Positions 29,286-40,139 are shown, numbered from the stretch's first letter. The stretch: 64,000 bases of DNA from Thermodesulfobacteriota bacterium (GCA_034189385.1 JAXHVD010000007.1:64001-128000); one strand, 5' to 3'. Translations and numbers: made by a program. Notes: a model not told the origin generated them from the letters alone.

Positions 29286-29376
29286 ATCATATTTCGCAGA
29301 AAAGCTGCTGGTGGGAGTGGATGTGACAGAGACCACCGCAGTTTGTTTTTTTTATGGGAAAGGCCAGGAGGTTTTC

Positions 29377-29952
29377 ATGGGTGATGTGCACAAGAGTCTG
29401 GAGGTGGACACCGGTTTTGCAAACCTGGTTCAAGCCTCTGCCCGCCTGAATGTGAATGCCTGCTTTCAGTGCCGAAAATGCACGAACGGCTGCCCCGTCA
29501 CCTTTGCCATGGACATCTATCCGGACGAGGTCATTCGTCTGGTCCTGCTGGGCCAAAAGGAGCGGGTCTTGACGTGTAACACCATCTGGGTCTGCTCGGC
29601 CTGCGAGACCTGTACGACCCGGTGCCCCAATGAAGTGGATATTGCAGGCACCATGGATGCCCTAAAGGAGATGGCCGTGAAAGAGGGCGTCCAGATTCCT
29701 CAACCAAAGACCTATGCCTTTCACAAGGCCTTTTTGGACGATGTAAAAAAACGAGGCCGCATGTTTGAAGGAAGACTGATGCAGTCTTATCTTCTCAGTA
29801 GCGGTGAGCTTTTCAGGAAGGTCGCTGATGGCTCCATCAAGGAGGAGATGAGCCTTGGTTGGAATATGTTTAAGAAGGGGCGGTTGCCTCTTCTGCCAAA
29901 GGGTATCAAGGGGAAGAAGGAGATCAAGGAGATCTTGGGGTCCACGTCATGA
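29377..29952 (+). CDS. hdrC: Heterodisulfide reductase subunit C-like, 2x[4Fe-4S]
   Basis: CFQCRKCTNGCP, IWVCSACETCTTRCP; RBS AGGAGG. Confidence 0.9.
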   Translation: MGDVHKSLEVDTGFANLVQASARLNVNACFQCRKCTNGCPVTFAMDIYPDEVIRLVLLGQKERVLTCNTIWVCSACETCTTRCPNEVDIAGTMDALKEMAVKEGVQIPQPKTYAFHKAFLDDVKKRGRMFEGRLMQSYLLSSGELFRKVADGSIKEEMSLGWNMFKKGRLPLLPKGIKGKKEIKEILGSTS

Positions 29953-30812
29953 AGGTCAGCTACTATCCTGGTTGCTCACTGGAGAGCTCTGCCAGGGACT
30001 ATCAGGAGTCCATTGATGGGGTGTGCAAAAGACTCGGCATCGAGCTGGTGGAGCTAGAGGACTGGAACTGCTGCGGCGCCACGGCTGCCCACAGCCTCAA
30101 CCACCGGGCTTCCATCGAACTGCCAGCCCGCAACCTGGTCATTGCCGAAAAGGCTGGAAACGATCTCGTGGCGCCTTGCCCCATGTGTTTTAACCGGCTC
30201 AAGGCCGCTGAAAAGGCCCTGCTGCGAGAGCCGGGCCGATACCGGTATGCCATTGAAGGAAATACCAGGACCTGGGACCTGGCCGATTTCATGGCCCGCC
30301 CAGAGGTCCTTGATGTGATGGCATCTAAGGTGACCAATCCTTTGGAGGGGGTCCGGGCTGTTTGCTATTACGGATGTATGAGCAGCAGACCTCCTGAGAT
30401 TACGGATGCCAAAGACTGCGAAAACCCCATGAGCATGGATCTCATTGTCCGGCGTCTGGGAGGCGTGGCCATTGACTGGTCCTACAAGACAGACTGCTGC
30501 GGGGCGAGCCATGTGGTGGACAGGCCGGACATGGTCTTTAAGATGGTGGGCAGGCTCTATGAGCGTGCTCTTGAGGTGGGGGCCAACTGTATCGTGGTCT
30601 CCTGTCAGATGTGCCAGGCCAATCTGGATGTCTATCAGGACAAGATCGCTGCGGAACTGGGCATGGCAGTGGATCTTCCCATTGTCTATTTCACTGAACT
30701 CATGGGCCTTGCCATGAAAGAGCCGGGGGTGGCCACCTGGCTTGCCCGGCACTTTGTGGATCCTGTGAGGCTTTTTGAGGAGCAAGACCTCCTCGCAAAA
30801 AGGGGGGTATAG
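29949..30812 (+). CDS. hdrB: Heterodisulfide reductase subunit B (two CCG domains)
   Basis: YYPGCSL, DWNCCGA, YYGC, DCCGAS, CQMCQANLD. Confidence 0.93.
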   Translation: MKVSYYPGCSLESSARDYQESIDGVCKRLGIELVELEDWNCCGATAAHSLNHRASIELPARNLVIAEKAGNDLVAPCPMCFNRLKAAEKALLREPGRYRYAIEGNTRTWDLADFMARPEVLDVMASKVTNPLEGVRAVCYYGCMSSRPPEITDAKDCENPMSMDLIVRRLGGVAIDWSYKTDCCGASHVVDRPDMVFKMVGRLYERALEVGANCIVVSCQMCQANLDVYQDKIAAELGMAVDLPIVYFTELMGLAMKEPGVATWLARHFVDPVRLFEEQDLLAKRGV

Positions 30813-30815
30813 GCC

Positions 30816-31316
30816 ATGGAGACAGAACATGCCGCACCGGTGGCAAAAGTCGGCGGGGCCGACACGAAGGTCGGAGCAGTGGTGATTGTCGGTGGCGGCA
30901 TTGCCGGCATGCAGGCTGCCCTGGACGTGGCCAACTCAGGCTTCAGGGTCTATCTTGTGGAGAAGAACCCAAGTATTGGCGGTAACATGGCCCAGCTTGA
31001 CAAGACCTTCCCAACAAATGACTGCTCCACTTGTATGATATCGCCCAAATTGATTGAGGTGGCCAAGCATCCCAACATTGAGATCTTGTCCTATTCGGAG
31101 GTAGAGGGGATCTCTGGCGAGCCGGGGAGATTCAAGGTGAAAATCAGGCGAAAGGCCAGATACGTGGATGAATCTATCTGCACGGGGTGCGGAACCTGTA
31201 TGGACAAGTGTCCCGTTCAATACAGGCCTGATTTCCAGTGGGGCGCAAGAGGGACGCCAGAAGCAGACTTTGCGGGAAGAGAGGACATGAAGGACAGCAA
31301 TGGAAAAGGCGATTGA
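30816..31316 (+). CDS. hdrA: HdrA N-terminal fragment (FAD-binding beta-alpha-beta plus first half of the inserted ferredoxin)
   Basis: GGGIAGMQAALD, GGNMAQLDKTFPTNDCSTC, RYVDESICTGCGTCMDKCP, then stop. Confidence 0.88.
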   Translation: METEHAAPVAKVGGADTKVGAVVIVGGGIAGMQAALDVANSGFRVYLVEKNPSIGGNMAQLDKTFPTNDCSTCMISPKLIEVAKHPNIEILSYSEVEGISGEPGRFKVKIRRKARYVDESICTGCGTCMDKCPVQYRPDFQWGARGTPEADFAGREDMKDSNGKGD

Positions 31317-31785
31317 TGTTGATTTTGCAGAGATTGATGCCCTAATCGAAGAGAAATACCACAAAAACAAAGAGGCCCTGGTGATGATCTTACAAGACAT
31401 TACCGGGCGCTATAATTACATTCCTCCAGAAGTGCTCCCCCATGTGGCCAGAAAGCTCAGTCTTCCGCTGAGCAGGGTCTTCAGTGTTGCTACCTTCTAC
31501 AAAGCCTTTTCCTTGGAACCGAGGGGAAAATACATTGTCAGTGTTTGCACAGGTACGGCCTGTCATGTGAGGGGCGCCCAGGGTATTATGAAAAGCCTGT
31601 ATAAGGACTTGAAGATTAAGGAAGGCGAGACCACGGACGATCTGATGTTTACCCTTGAATCGGTTCGCTGCATGGGGTGCTGTGCCTCAGGTCCGGTGAT
31701 CCGTGTCAATAACGACACCCATGGAGGGTTGGACCCTGAGAGGCTCGTCCCCGTGATCGAGCAATACAAAGAGGGGAGTTCCTAG
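31300..31785 (+). CDS. nuoE: NuoE/HydC-like [2Fe-2S] subunit
   Basis: [28 protein letters not shown]. Confidence 0.9.
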   Translation: MEKAIDVDFAEIDALIEEKYHKNKEALVMILQDITGRYNYIPPEVLPHVARKLSLPLSRVFSVATFYKAFSLEPRGKYIVSVCTGTACHVRGAQGIMKSLYKDLKIKEGETTDDLMFTLESVRCMGCCASGPVIRVNNDTHGGLDPERLVPVIEQYKEGSS

Positions 31786-31805
31786 TCCAAGAGCGTGCTA
31801 TTTTT

Positions 31806-34800
31806 ATGAAGAGCATTAAAAGCAAATCAGAGCTTGCCCGGGTGATCGAGCGGATCAGATCTGAACGTGATCCAGAGAGGACCATGATCTCTCTTTGTAA
31901 CGGTTCGGGATGTGGGGCCTACGGAACCGCCAAGGTGAAAGCATGTCTTGAAAAGGAGCTGGACCGGCAGGGTCTCACCGACAAGGTGGAGATCAAGTTG
32001 ACGGGATGCCACGGGTTCTGTGAGAAAGGTCCCGTCATGGTCATCCATCCCTCGGGTATTTTCTATCCCCAGATGGATGAGGAACGGGTCCCAGAGATTG
32101 TGGAAAAGACGATAAGAGACGGTCAAGTGGTTGATCGTTTCCTGTACACCGATCCGGTGAGCAAAACAAAGATCGTCTATGAGAATGATGTTCCCTTCTA
32201 CAAATTCCAGCAGCGGATGGTTTTTGGCAACAATGGCCATATCAGCCCAACGAATATAGAAGACTATCTGGCCATGGGGGGATATGAGGCCCTGGCCAAG
32301 GCCCTCTTTGACATGTCTCCAGAGGATATCGTGACACAAATCAAGGCGTCCGGTTTGCGGGGGCGCGGCGGGGGCGGCTTCCCAACGGGGATCAAGTGGG
32401 AAACCTGCAGGCGCCATGAAGGTGACAAATACGTGATCTGCAATGCCGACGAAGGGGATCCTGGCGCTTACATGGACCGAAGTCTCTTAGAGGGCAATCC
32501 CCACAGCGTGCTGGAAGGGATGATCATTGGTGCTGTGGCCATTGGTTCTCATGCAGGTTATATCTATGTGCGAAATGAATATCCCCTGGCAGTGGAAAAC
32601 CTCCAGGTCGCCATCTCCCAGGCGCGGGAGATGGGCTTTTTGGGAGAAGACATTCTCGGCTCTGGTTTTGACTTTGATATCCTCATCAGCCGCGGCGGCG
32701 GGGCCTTTGTCTGTGGCGAGTCCACGGCACTGATGGCCTCCCTGGAGGGCAAGCCAGGTCGCCCTAGGGCGAAATATGTCCACACCGTAGAAAAGGGATT
32801 CCGAGACAGCCCCTCTAATCTGAACAACGTGGAGACCTGGGCCAATGTTCCGCTCATTATCAACAAGGGCGCGGACTGGTATGCAAGCATCGGCACGGAG
32901 AAGAGCAAAGGGACCAAGATCTTCTCCCTTGTGGGCAAGGTGGCCAACACAGGCCTTGTGGAAGTGCCCATGGGGACCACCTTGCGGACGATTGTTGAAG
33001 ATATCGGAGGCGGTGTGCCTGACAACAAGCGATTCAAAGCGGTGCAGACGGGCGGCCCCTCTGGCGGCTGCATTCCCGAAGCGCTCATTGACTTGCCCGT
33101 GGACTACGAACGGCTCACAGAAGCCGGTTCCATTATGGGTTCAGGTGGCATGATCGTCATGGATGAGACCACCTGTATGGTGGATCTTGCCCGTTACTTC
33201 ATGGAGTTCCTTGTTGAGGAGTCGTGCGGACAGTGTGTCCCCTGTCGAGAGGGATTGAAACGGATGCTTCAGGTGCTGACCAACATCTGTGATGGAAAGG
33301 GCACTGAGAAAGACCTAGAGCTTCTGGAGGAGCTTTCCGCCACCTTGAGGGATTTTTCCCTCTGTGGCCTGGGCAAAACTGCCCCCAACCCTGTGATGTC
33401 CACACTCAGGTATTTTCGTCACGAATATGAGTCCCATGTTCGAGACCGCCAATGTCCGGCCCTGGTCTGTCCTGGTCTTGTCCCTGCACCTTGTCAGAGT
33501 GCCTGCCCGGCAGGGATCGATGTGCCCAGCTATGTGGCGCTCATTGCTCACGGCCGATACCATGATGCAGTGGAACTCATCCGCAAAGACAACCCCTTCC
33601 CCTGGGTATGCGGGCTGGTCTGTGTCCATCCTTGCGAAAAGGCGTGCCGGAGGGGTGAGGTGGACACGCCCATCTCCATCAAGGACCTAAAGGGTTTTGC
33701 CGCTGAACAGGCTGTGGCATCAGGGGGCTACGAGAAGAGAAAGCTGGCACTCCAAAGGGACGAAAAGGTGGCCATTATCGGCTCTGGACCGGCCGGGTTA
33801 ACGGCTGCCTACTACCTGGCCTTGGAGGGATATCCCGTGACGGTCTTTGAGGCGGCTCCTGTGGCAGGCGGCCTCTTGCGTATGGGGATTCCTGAATTCC
33901 GACTTCCCAAGGACGTGGTTGACAAGGAAATCGAATCGATCGAGGCCCTCGGTGTTGAGATCAAGACCAACACCCCTGTTGGGAAAGACCTTTCCTTAGA
34001 TGACCTCAGGAAACAGGGATTTCACGCCTTTTTTCTGGGCATTGGAGCCCACAAGGGGCTTCGGTTGAACATTGCCGGAGAGAACGACTTAGACGGCGTG
34101 ATGGACTGCATTGATTTCTTAAGGCGCGTGAATCTGTCCCGGGAGGTGGCCCTTGGTCAGCGGGTGGTGGTTGTGGGCGGCGGCCATTCTTCCATAGATG
34201 CGGCCCGCACCTGCATCCGCCTTGGGGTTCCTGAGGTGAACCTTGTGTATCGCCGTTCCAAAGAGGAAATGCCTGCCGGTGAGGAAGAGCTCGCCATGGC
34301 CGAGGAAGAAGGGGTGAAGATGCACTATCTGTCCATCCCCAAGGCCGTAAAGGGCGCAGAGGGCCGAGTCACCCATCTGGAGTGCATAGGGGCAGAATTG
34401 GGACGGCAGGATGAAAGCGGCCGGCGTCGGCCTGTGCCGGTGAAGGGCACAGAATTTGACCTGGAAGCGGACACCATTATCCTGGCCGTGGGACAGCGTG
34501 TGGACCTAGGGCCGATTGTCGAGAATCAGGACATAGGTCTTAGCCTGCGAAGGACCTTTCAAGTCGATTCCCACACCATGCAGACCACGGTGGCAGACGT
34601 CTTTGCCGGTGGCGATTGTGTGAGCGGTCCTGCCAGTGTGATTGAGGCCATTGCTGCAGGAAAAAGGGCTGCCGGCGCCATCCATCGCTATCTGCGAGGT
34701 AAGCCTCTGGAAGAGAAAATCTATCACGCTGTGAAACGGATGAGGGTCGAAGAGCTAGAGGTCACAGAGGAGGAGAAAGAGACCCTGAAGCGTCCTGATA

Positions 34801-34919
34801 TGCCCCTCTTGCCTCTAACCAAACGGAAGGCCGCGTTTGACAAGGCTGAATTGGGACTCACGGAAGAGGTGGCCCAAAAGGAGGCCAAGCGGTGCCTGCG
34901 CTGTGACCTCTATGGATGA
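31806..34919 (+). CDS. nuoF: NuoF/HydB-like FMN/NADH subunit fused to a GltD/NfnB-like FAD/NADPH oxidoreductase domain
   Basis: [46 protein letters not shown]; then [34 protein letters not shown]. Confidence 0.9.
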   Translation: MKSIKSKSELARVIERIRSERDPERTMISLCNGSGCGAYGTAKVKACLEKELDRQGLTDKVEIKLTGCHGFCEKGPVMVIHPSGIFYPQMDEERVPEIVEKTIRDGQVVDRFLYTDPVSKTKIVYENDVPFYKFQQRMVFGNNGHISPTNIEDYLAMGGYEALAKALFDMSPEDIVTQIKASGLRGRGGGGFPTGIKWETCRRHEGDKYVICNADEGDPGAYMDRSLLEGNPHSVLEGMIIGAVAIGSHAGYIYVRNEYPLAVENLQVAISQAREMGFLGEDILGSGFDFDILISRGGGAFVCGESTALMASLEGKPGRPRAKYVHTVEKGFRDSPSNLNNVETWANVPLIINKGADWYASIGTEKSKGTKIFSLVGKVANTGLVEVPMGTTLRTIVEDIGGGVPDNKRFKAVQTGGPSGGCIPEALIDLPVDYERLTEAGSIMGSGGMIVMDETTCMVDLARYFMEFLVEESCGQCVPCREGLKRMLQVLTNICDGKGTEKDLELLEELSATLRDFSLCGLGKTAPNPVMSTLRYFRHEYESHVRDRQCPALVCPGLVPAPCQSACPAGIDVPSYVALIAHGRYHDAVELIRKDNPFPWVCGLVCVHPCEKACRRGEVDTPISIKDLKGFAAEQAVASGGYEKRKLALQRDEKVAIIGSGPAGLTAAYYLALEGYPVTVFEAAPVAGGLLRMGIPEFRLPKDVVDKEIESIEALGVEIKTNTPVGKDLSLDDLRKQGFHAFFLGIGAHKGLRLNIAGENDLDGVMDCIDFLRRVNLSREVALGQRVVVVGGGHSSIDAARTCIRLGVPEVNLVYRRSKEEMPAGEEELAMAEEEGVKMHYLSIPKAVKGAEGRVTHLECIGAELGRQDESGRRRPVPVKGTEFDLEADTIILAVGQRVDLGPIVENQDIGLSLRRTFQVDSHTMQTTVADVFAGGDCVSGPASVIEAIAAGKRAAGAIHRYLRGKPLEEKIYHAVKRMRVEELEVTEEEKETLKRPDMPLLPLTKRKAAFDKAELGLTEEVAQKEAKRCLRCDLYG

Positions 34920-34990
34920 TCCGTCCCACGAGAATCACCCCCAACCAACCTCCCTTTTTTCTTGACCATTCCTTGAAGAAGGCATATTGG

Positions 34991-35007
34991 TGTCTATAAA
35001 ATAGACA
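34991..35007. promoter_or_regulatory. Perfect palindrome, putative transcription factor site
   Basis: TGTCTAT-AAA-ATAGACA; near-copy at 39920-39936. Confidence 0.55.
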
Positions 35008-35043
35008 TTGCCTTTTTAAACGCCGAAAAGCCATGGGGTCGCC

Positions 35044-36576
35044 ATGACATCGGAAAAGGCCAGCAAGAGCAAATTCAGAATCGGCATTGTGGGCGGGGGA
35101 AAACGGTGTGAGACCATCATCGAGATGTCTCAACGCCAACGTCGCCCAAAGGTGAACGCTTCAGTAGTCATCATCGCCGAGCCTGATCCCCATTCCTCCA
35201 TCCACCAATATGCCCGGGACCTAGGGATTGAAACCACCACCGATCTAGGGGTGTTGGCTGAGCTAAAAGACCTTGATTTTCTACTGGACTTAACCAGTAG
35301 TCGAGACGCCTTGGTGCGCTTGTTGGTTCAGAGAGGTTCCAGGGTGCCGGTTCTTGACGCCGTGGCCTCTGATCTGCTCTACGACACCTTCCACGTCCAG
35401 AAAGAACTGATCGACACCCGCAGGTCCTTGAGACAAACCAAGACATTTTTAGAGCGTGTCATCAATAGTATCCAGGAAGAGATTCTTGTTATTGACACGG
35501 CGTTCAAGATAGTGGATGCCAATGATGCAGCCCTAAAGGCCGCAGGCCTGCCAAAAGAAGAGGTGGTGGGCAAATACTGCTATCAGGTGTCTCATCGATC
35601 TGAAAGCCCCTGTAGTTCCGAAGACCACCCTTGTCCCATGCAGAACGTGTTGAGAACGGGCAGCTATTCTCAGGCCACCCATAAGCACTATAAGTCAGAT
35701 GGCAGGGTTCGATACTATGAGCTCGTTCACTACCCCCTAAAGGATGAAAAGGGCGAAGTGGTTCAGGTCATTGAGATAGGCCGGGACATATCAGACGAAC
35801 TGGAAAAAAGGGTGGAAAGGCGGACCAAGGAACTCAAAGAGGATTATGCCCGGCTCGTTCAGGAAGACAGGATGATTTCCTTGGGAAAACTCATGTCTAG
35901 TGTGGTCCACGAAATCAACAACCCCCTTTCCGGCATCATTGGTCTGACCAAGTTGGTGCTGCGCAACCTGGAAGAGGGGAGAACTGATGACAAGTCAATA
36001 GGGACCATGAAAGAGCACCTTCGTTTGGTGGTATCAGAGACCACGCGAACCAGCAAGATCGTGTCCAATCTCCTTTTCTTCTCCCGGCAAATCAAGGTGG
36101 AAGTCCAAGACATTGATATGAACGAGGTGGTTGAGAGGGTCTTTAGCGTTGTTGGACATAAGGCCAAGCTCCAGAACATCAAGGTCTGCTTCAGGTTGGA
36201 CAAGGCGCTTCCCAGTGTAAAGGGAAATTTTGCACAGCTCGAGCAGTCTGTCATGAACATTGTCTTTAATGCCATTGAAGCCATGCCTGACGGCGGTGAA
36301 CTGACGATTGCCTCAGGCTTGGTCGACGGCGAGAGACATGAGGTATTTGTTGAGTTTGAAGACACGGGCTACGGGATCTCTCCGAAGAACCTGCCCTATG
36401 TCTTTGAGCCTTTTTTTTCCACCAAGGGGGAGGCCAAAGGGGTTGGCATGGGGCTGTCTGTGGTTTACGGCATCATACGGGACCACCAGGGGGAAATCAC
36501 AGTTAGAAGCGAAGAGGGGAAGGGGGCCTGTTTCACCGTCAGGCTCCCAGCCCATGAGGCCAAAAGGACTCAGTAA
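35044..36576 (+). CDS. Cytoplasmic sensor histidine kinase: Rossmann-like N-domain, PAS, HisKA and HATPase
   Basis: IGIVGGG, PAS with CYQVSH...PC...CP, HEINNPL, NAIEAM, DTGYG, FFSTK, GMGLSV. Confidence 0.9.
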   Translation: MTSEKASKSKFRIGIVGGGKRCETIIEMSQRQRRPKVNASVVIIAEPDPHSSIHQYARDLGIETTTDLGVLAELKDLDFLLDLTSSRDALVRLLVQRGSRVPVLDAVASDLLYDTFHVQKELIDTRRSLRQTKTFLERVINSIQEEILVIDTAFKIVDANDAALKAAGLPKEEVVGKYCYQVSHRSESPCSSEDHPCPMQNVLRTGSYSQATHKHYKSDGRVRYYELVHYPLKDEKGEVVQVIEIGRDISDELEKRVERRTKELKEDYARLVQEDRMISLGKLMSSVVHEINNPLSGIIGLTKLVLRNLEEGRTDDKSIGTMKEHLRLVVSETTRTSKIVSNLLFFSRQIKVEVQDIDMNEVVERVFSVVGHKAKLQNIKVCFRLDKALPSVKGNFAQLEQSVMNIVFNAIEAMPDGGELTIASGLVDGERHEVFVEFEDTGYGISPKNLPYVFEPFFSTKGEAKGVGMGLSVVYGIIRDHQGEITVRSEEGKGACFTVRLPAHEAKRTQ

Positions 36577-36612
36577 ACCAGGATCTTATTCTTGAATGGT
36601 GTAGGTGACGGC

Positions 36613-37962
36613 ATGAGATCAGAACTGAATATCATGGTGGTGGACGATGAGCTCATCGTGCGGGAATCCTTGAAGGGGTGGCTCGACAAATTTGGATATC
36701 ACGTTGACATGGCCGAGGACGCTCAAGATGCCCTGAAAAGACTAGACACAGAGAGCTATGACCTGCTCTTTGTGGATATCAAGATGCCAGGTATGGATGG
36801 CGTGGACCTCTTAAGGCGGGTGAAAGAAGAGCAGCCAGATGTCATGGTCGTCATGATCACGGCCCATGGGTCTATAGAGTCGGCCATTGAGGCCATGAAG
36901 GCCGGTGCCCGCGATTATCTCATGAAGCCTTTTGACCCGGAAGACCTTGAGCTCCTGATCGAAAAACTCGCACAGACGAAAAGACTGGTAGATCAGAACA
37001 GATGGTTAAGGGAATCGTACCAAGGCAAGTCCCGGTTTCAAGACCTCATTGGACAGTCTGGCCGGATGCAGGAGGTCTTTCAACTCATTGAGGATGTAGC
37101 GCCAAGTGAGACCCCGGTGCTCATTGTTGGGGAGACAGGTACTGGCAAGGAGTTGGTTGCAAAGGCGCTTCACGCATTGAGTCCCCGCCGTCACGCGCCC
37201 TTTGTGGCCGTCAATTGTGGGGCCTTTACCGAGACCCTGCTTGAAAGTGCCCTTTTTGGTCACGAGAAGGGGGCCTTCACAGGGGCCCATCATATGCAAA
37301 AAGGCCGCATTGAAATGGCCGAGGGGGGCACCCTCTTTCTGGACGAGGTGGGAGAGATCAGCCCCAAGATGCAGGTGGACCTTTTGAGGGTCTTGGCGCA
37401 GAAGAGCTTCTACCGTCTTGGCAATCCCAAAGCCATGACGGCTGACTTCCGGCTCATCTCCGCCACCCATAGTGATCTAGGCCACGCTGTTGAGCAAAGG
37501 GCCTTCAGGCAAGACTTCTATTACAGGATTAATGTGATTACCATCGCTGTGCCCCCCTTGAGGGAGAGGAAGGGGGACATAGAGCTTCTGGCCCTTCATT
37601 TTCTTGAAGGGTTTTGTCAGGAACTAAACAAGGACGTTAGGGGGATCAGCAGGGAAGCCCTTGAGATTATGACGAGATACGACTGGCCGGGAAATGTCCG
37701 GGAACTGGAAAACGTGATCGAGCGTGCTGTGGTCATAGGAAAGAAGCAGAAGATCACGCCTTCAGAGCTCCCGTTTCAAGATCTGGGCCTGGCCAGAAAA
37801 CCTGCTGTGGGCTCGCTGCGAGAGGTGGAAAAATCCCACATATCAGAGATGCTTGCAGCATGTGAGTGGAACATTGCCCACACTGCCAGCCTGCTGGGCA
37901 TCAATCGGACCACCCTGTATAAGAAGATCAAGAAATACGGTCTCAAACAGCCATCCTCCTAA
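36613..37962 (+). CDS. Sigma54-dependent response regulator (NtrC/AtoC family)
   Basis: REC domain (DIKMP), GETGTGKE, GAFTGA, WPGNVREL, Fis HTH. Confidence 0.93.
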   Translation: MRSELNIMVVDDELIVRESLKGWLDKFGYHVDMAEDAQDALKRLDTESYDLLFVDIKMPGMDGVDLLRRVKEEQPDVMVVMITAHGSIESAIEAMKAGARDYLMKPFDPEDLELLIEKLAQTKRLVDQNRWLRESYQGKSRFQDLIGQSGRMQEVFQLIEDVAPSETPVLIVGETGTGKELVAKALHALSPRRHAPFVAVNCGAFTETLLESALFGHEKGAFTGAHHMQKGRIEMAEGGTLFLDEVGEISPKMQVDLLRVLAQKSFYRLGNPKAMTADFRLISATHSDLGHAVEQRAFRQDFYYRINVITIAVPPLRERKGDIELLALHFLEGFCQELNKDVRGISREALEIMTRYDWPGNVRELENVIERAVVIGKKQKITPSELPFQDLGLARKPAVGSLREVEKSHISEMLAACEWNIAHTASLLGINRTTLYKKIKKYGLKQPSS

Positions 37963-38015
37963 AAGGATGGTGATCTATATACAACGATGCGTCACGTCTC
38001 CCTTTGCAGGGCCAC

Positions 38016-38615
38016 ATGAAAGCCCAAGACAAGATCGTAGCGATACAGCCCTTGGGTGACGTCAGAGGCGATATTATTGACACCGTTGCCTCGAGACTCG
38101 AGACTTTTTTTAAGATCCGAACGGATGTCTTCCAGGAACAAGCCATTCCAAAAGGGTCGTATCATCCTCAACGGGGCCAGTACAACTGCTATCCTATCCT
38201 ATCGTTCCTAAAGACACTAGGACCGGATCATGCCATCAAGACCATCGGTGTCACAGAGGTGGATCTATTTGTCCCTATCCTCACCTACGTATTTGGGGAG
38301 GCAGAGATGGGTGGCCATGGAGCGGTCATTTCTACATACAGGCTCGCCAGGGGCAGAGACCGGCAACCCATTCCTTCGGGACAGCTTTTCAAAAGAGTGG
38401 AAAAGATTGCTATTCATGAGCTGGCCCACACCTTTCGCCTTTCCCACTGCAAGGAAGATGGCTGCCTTATGGGTAGCTTCCCGGTTCTGAGCCGGATTGA
38501 TGAAAATGCCGTCTGTTTTTGCCGATATTGTGTAACCTTTCTGAAAGACGAGTATGAGAACCTGGGCATTCCTTGGGGGCAGGAGGTGGCCAATCAAGAC
38601 AAAAACACCCCGTGA
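38016..38615 (+). CDS. Archaemetzincin-family Zn metalloprotease (peptidase M54)
   Basis: DLFVPILTYVFGEA, HELAHTFRLSHC...CLM, FCRYC. Confidence 0.88.
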   Translation: MKAQDKIVAIQPLGDVRGDIIDTVASRLETFFKIRTDVFQEQAIPKGSYHPQRGQYNCYPILSFLKTLGPDHAIKTIGVTEVDLFVPILTYVFGEAEMGGHGAVISTYRLARGRDRQPIPSGQLFKRVEKIAIHELAHTFRLSHCKEDGCLMGSFPVLSRIDENAVCFCRYCVTFLKDEYENLGIPWGQEVANQDKNTP

Positions 38616-38708
38616 CAGATTGTCTCACGGGGTGTGTAGGTGCTGGACTTCAGAAGAGGCCTTGTGCCGATGCTGCGTGCGTTCTTCCCTCTGGGGCGGC
38701 TTTCCTTG

Positions 38709-39644
38709 TCACGTCAAAAGGAACTCGTGGGCGAGCCTTTCCCAGCCGATCTCTGGAATATTTCCGTAGATGTCGTCTACAGGAAAACCGCCGGCCGAGG
38801 CTGTTTCGCCATATTGCTCAGCTACCAGATTTCTCAGACGGGTGGCCTCGTTTTCCATCCACTCCGCACTTTCCGGCCCCTTCATAAGGTTTTGAAGATC
38901 CTTTTTCATTCTTGTGGGTTCAACGATGAAGAGCCAACCCATTTCGTAGGGGTATTTGTGCATGAGTTCCGGCCGTTCCAGGGCCCGTTGGTTCACGGCA
39001 GTGACCACGCCCCGAACAGGGGAGAGCATCTCTGCCTGACGGTTGTCTCGCTTCAGTATCCACCCCGTCTCATTTTGTACAACCTCGTCACCCAGAGACG
39101 GAAGCTCCAACCTTTTCTCAGGTCCAAAGAGCCTGGTCACGAAATCGTCTAGCCCCACGCGAATACGCGCGCCGTAATCGATAACGGCCCAGCTGTGGCC
39201 CCGATGGTAGTAGTGCCCTTCGGCCAAGGTGTATCCTGAGACATTCGTTAAGGTCACTGGTGAAACAGGGTCCATGGCTGAGACCTCATTTTCAATCAGT
39301 TGGTCGAATTCGCATTGGTGGCACTCAAAGGCGTTGGGGCAGATTTTGTAAGCCACGCGGCCCGAAAGCATATGGCGACATAGGCGCTGTCTCGCATCTA
39401 GGCCACTGAAATGCTCACGCCAACTCCTGATCCGCTCCTTCTTGGTCTTTAGCTCCAGGCCAGCACTGCGCTTTTGTTCATTCTCAGCCACGATCTTGGC
39501 CATAGATTTGTCAAAGGTACAGTTGATGCAGTCGAAGTTTCTGTCACAGAGCTTAAAGTCGATCACCCCTGCCTTCATCCATATACACTCATCTTGCGTG
39601 ACCTTGAGGCCCTTTAATGCTGACCCTTTTGCACTCGCTGTCAT
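38709..39644 (-). CDS. GcvH-like protein with two N-terminal Cys-rich repeats; lipoyl-lysine absent
   Basis: CIWMKAG...CxxxxxCxxCxFD twice; HSWA, RVGLDDF, SPVRGVVTAVN, PYEMGW; RBS AAGGAGG. Confidence 0.85.
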   Translation of the reverse strand: MTASAKGSALKGLKVTQDECIWMKAGVIDFKLCDRNFDCINCTFDKSMAKIVAENEQKRSAGLELKTKKERIRSWREHFSGLDARQRLCRHMLSGRVAYKICPNAFECHQCEFDQLIENEVSAMDPVSPVTLTNVSGYTLAEGHYYHRGHSWAVIDYGARIRVGLDDFVTRLFGPEKRLELPSLGDEVVQNETGWILKRDNRQAEMLSPVRGVVTAVNQRALERPELMHKYPYEMGWLFIVEPTRMKKDLQNLMKGPESAEWMENEATRLRNLVAEQYGETASAGGFPVDDIYGNIPEIGWERLAHEFLLT

Positions 39645-39691
39645 CGGCTTCTTCCTCCTTATGGACGTTTTCCCTTGTTGATGATTAATTA

Positions 39692-39707
39692 AGCAACAAT
39701 CGTGCCA
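39692..39707 (-). promoter_or_regulatory. Sigma54 (-24/-12) promoter of the GcvH-like gene
   Basis: Minus strand TGGCAC-GATTG-TTGCT, a consensus match. Confidence 0.85.
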
Positions 39708-40139
39708 TGACACCACCTTTTTGTATAACAAGTTGGAATATTGCACAATTATTCCAAAACAAAGACAAGAGGATGAAGCGGAGTACCGTCGCTTTTCGTG
39801 GCAGAAATAGACAGCAAGGACCCGTCCACGGGATTTATTATTTATCTTAATAGGTTATGGGGTATCTAGAAGTAGGCAGGCTTGTATAAATAATAAACAC
39901 TCGGATCGGCGCTATATTGTGTCCATAAAATAGACGCTTATTAAAGAAGCAGGACGGAGGCGTTACACATCTAGCTGATTTATCTTCTTGTTTTTGCCTT
40001 GATTTTGGTGGCTCTTAGCGATAGCTTTTGAAACATTGTCGCGGTAAAAACTCCTCTTGGGCCTGGAAAAGGACCTATGGTCGGAAAGCTTTTCAGGGAA
40101 GGGGCGAAAGGGGGAGACCGCAAAGGATTGGAGTATGGT

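Noticed and set aside
31300..34919. Respiratory complex I or [FeFe]-hydrogenase operon
   Set aside because: No membrane nuo genes, no H-cluster motifs and no molybdopterin catalytic subunit in the window
38709..39644. Genuine glycine cleavage H protein (gcvH)
   Set aside because: Lipoyl-lysine is absent, there is a long Cys-rich extension, and no gcvT/P/L genes are nearby
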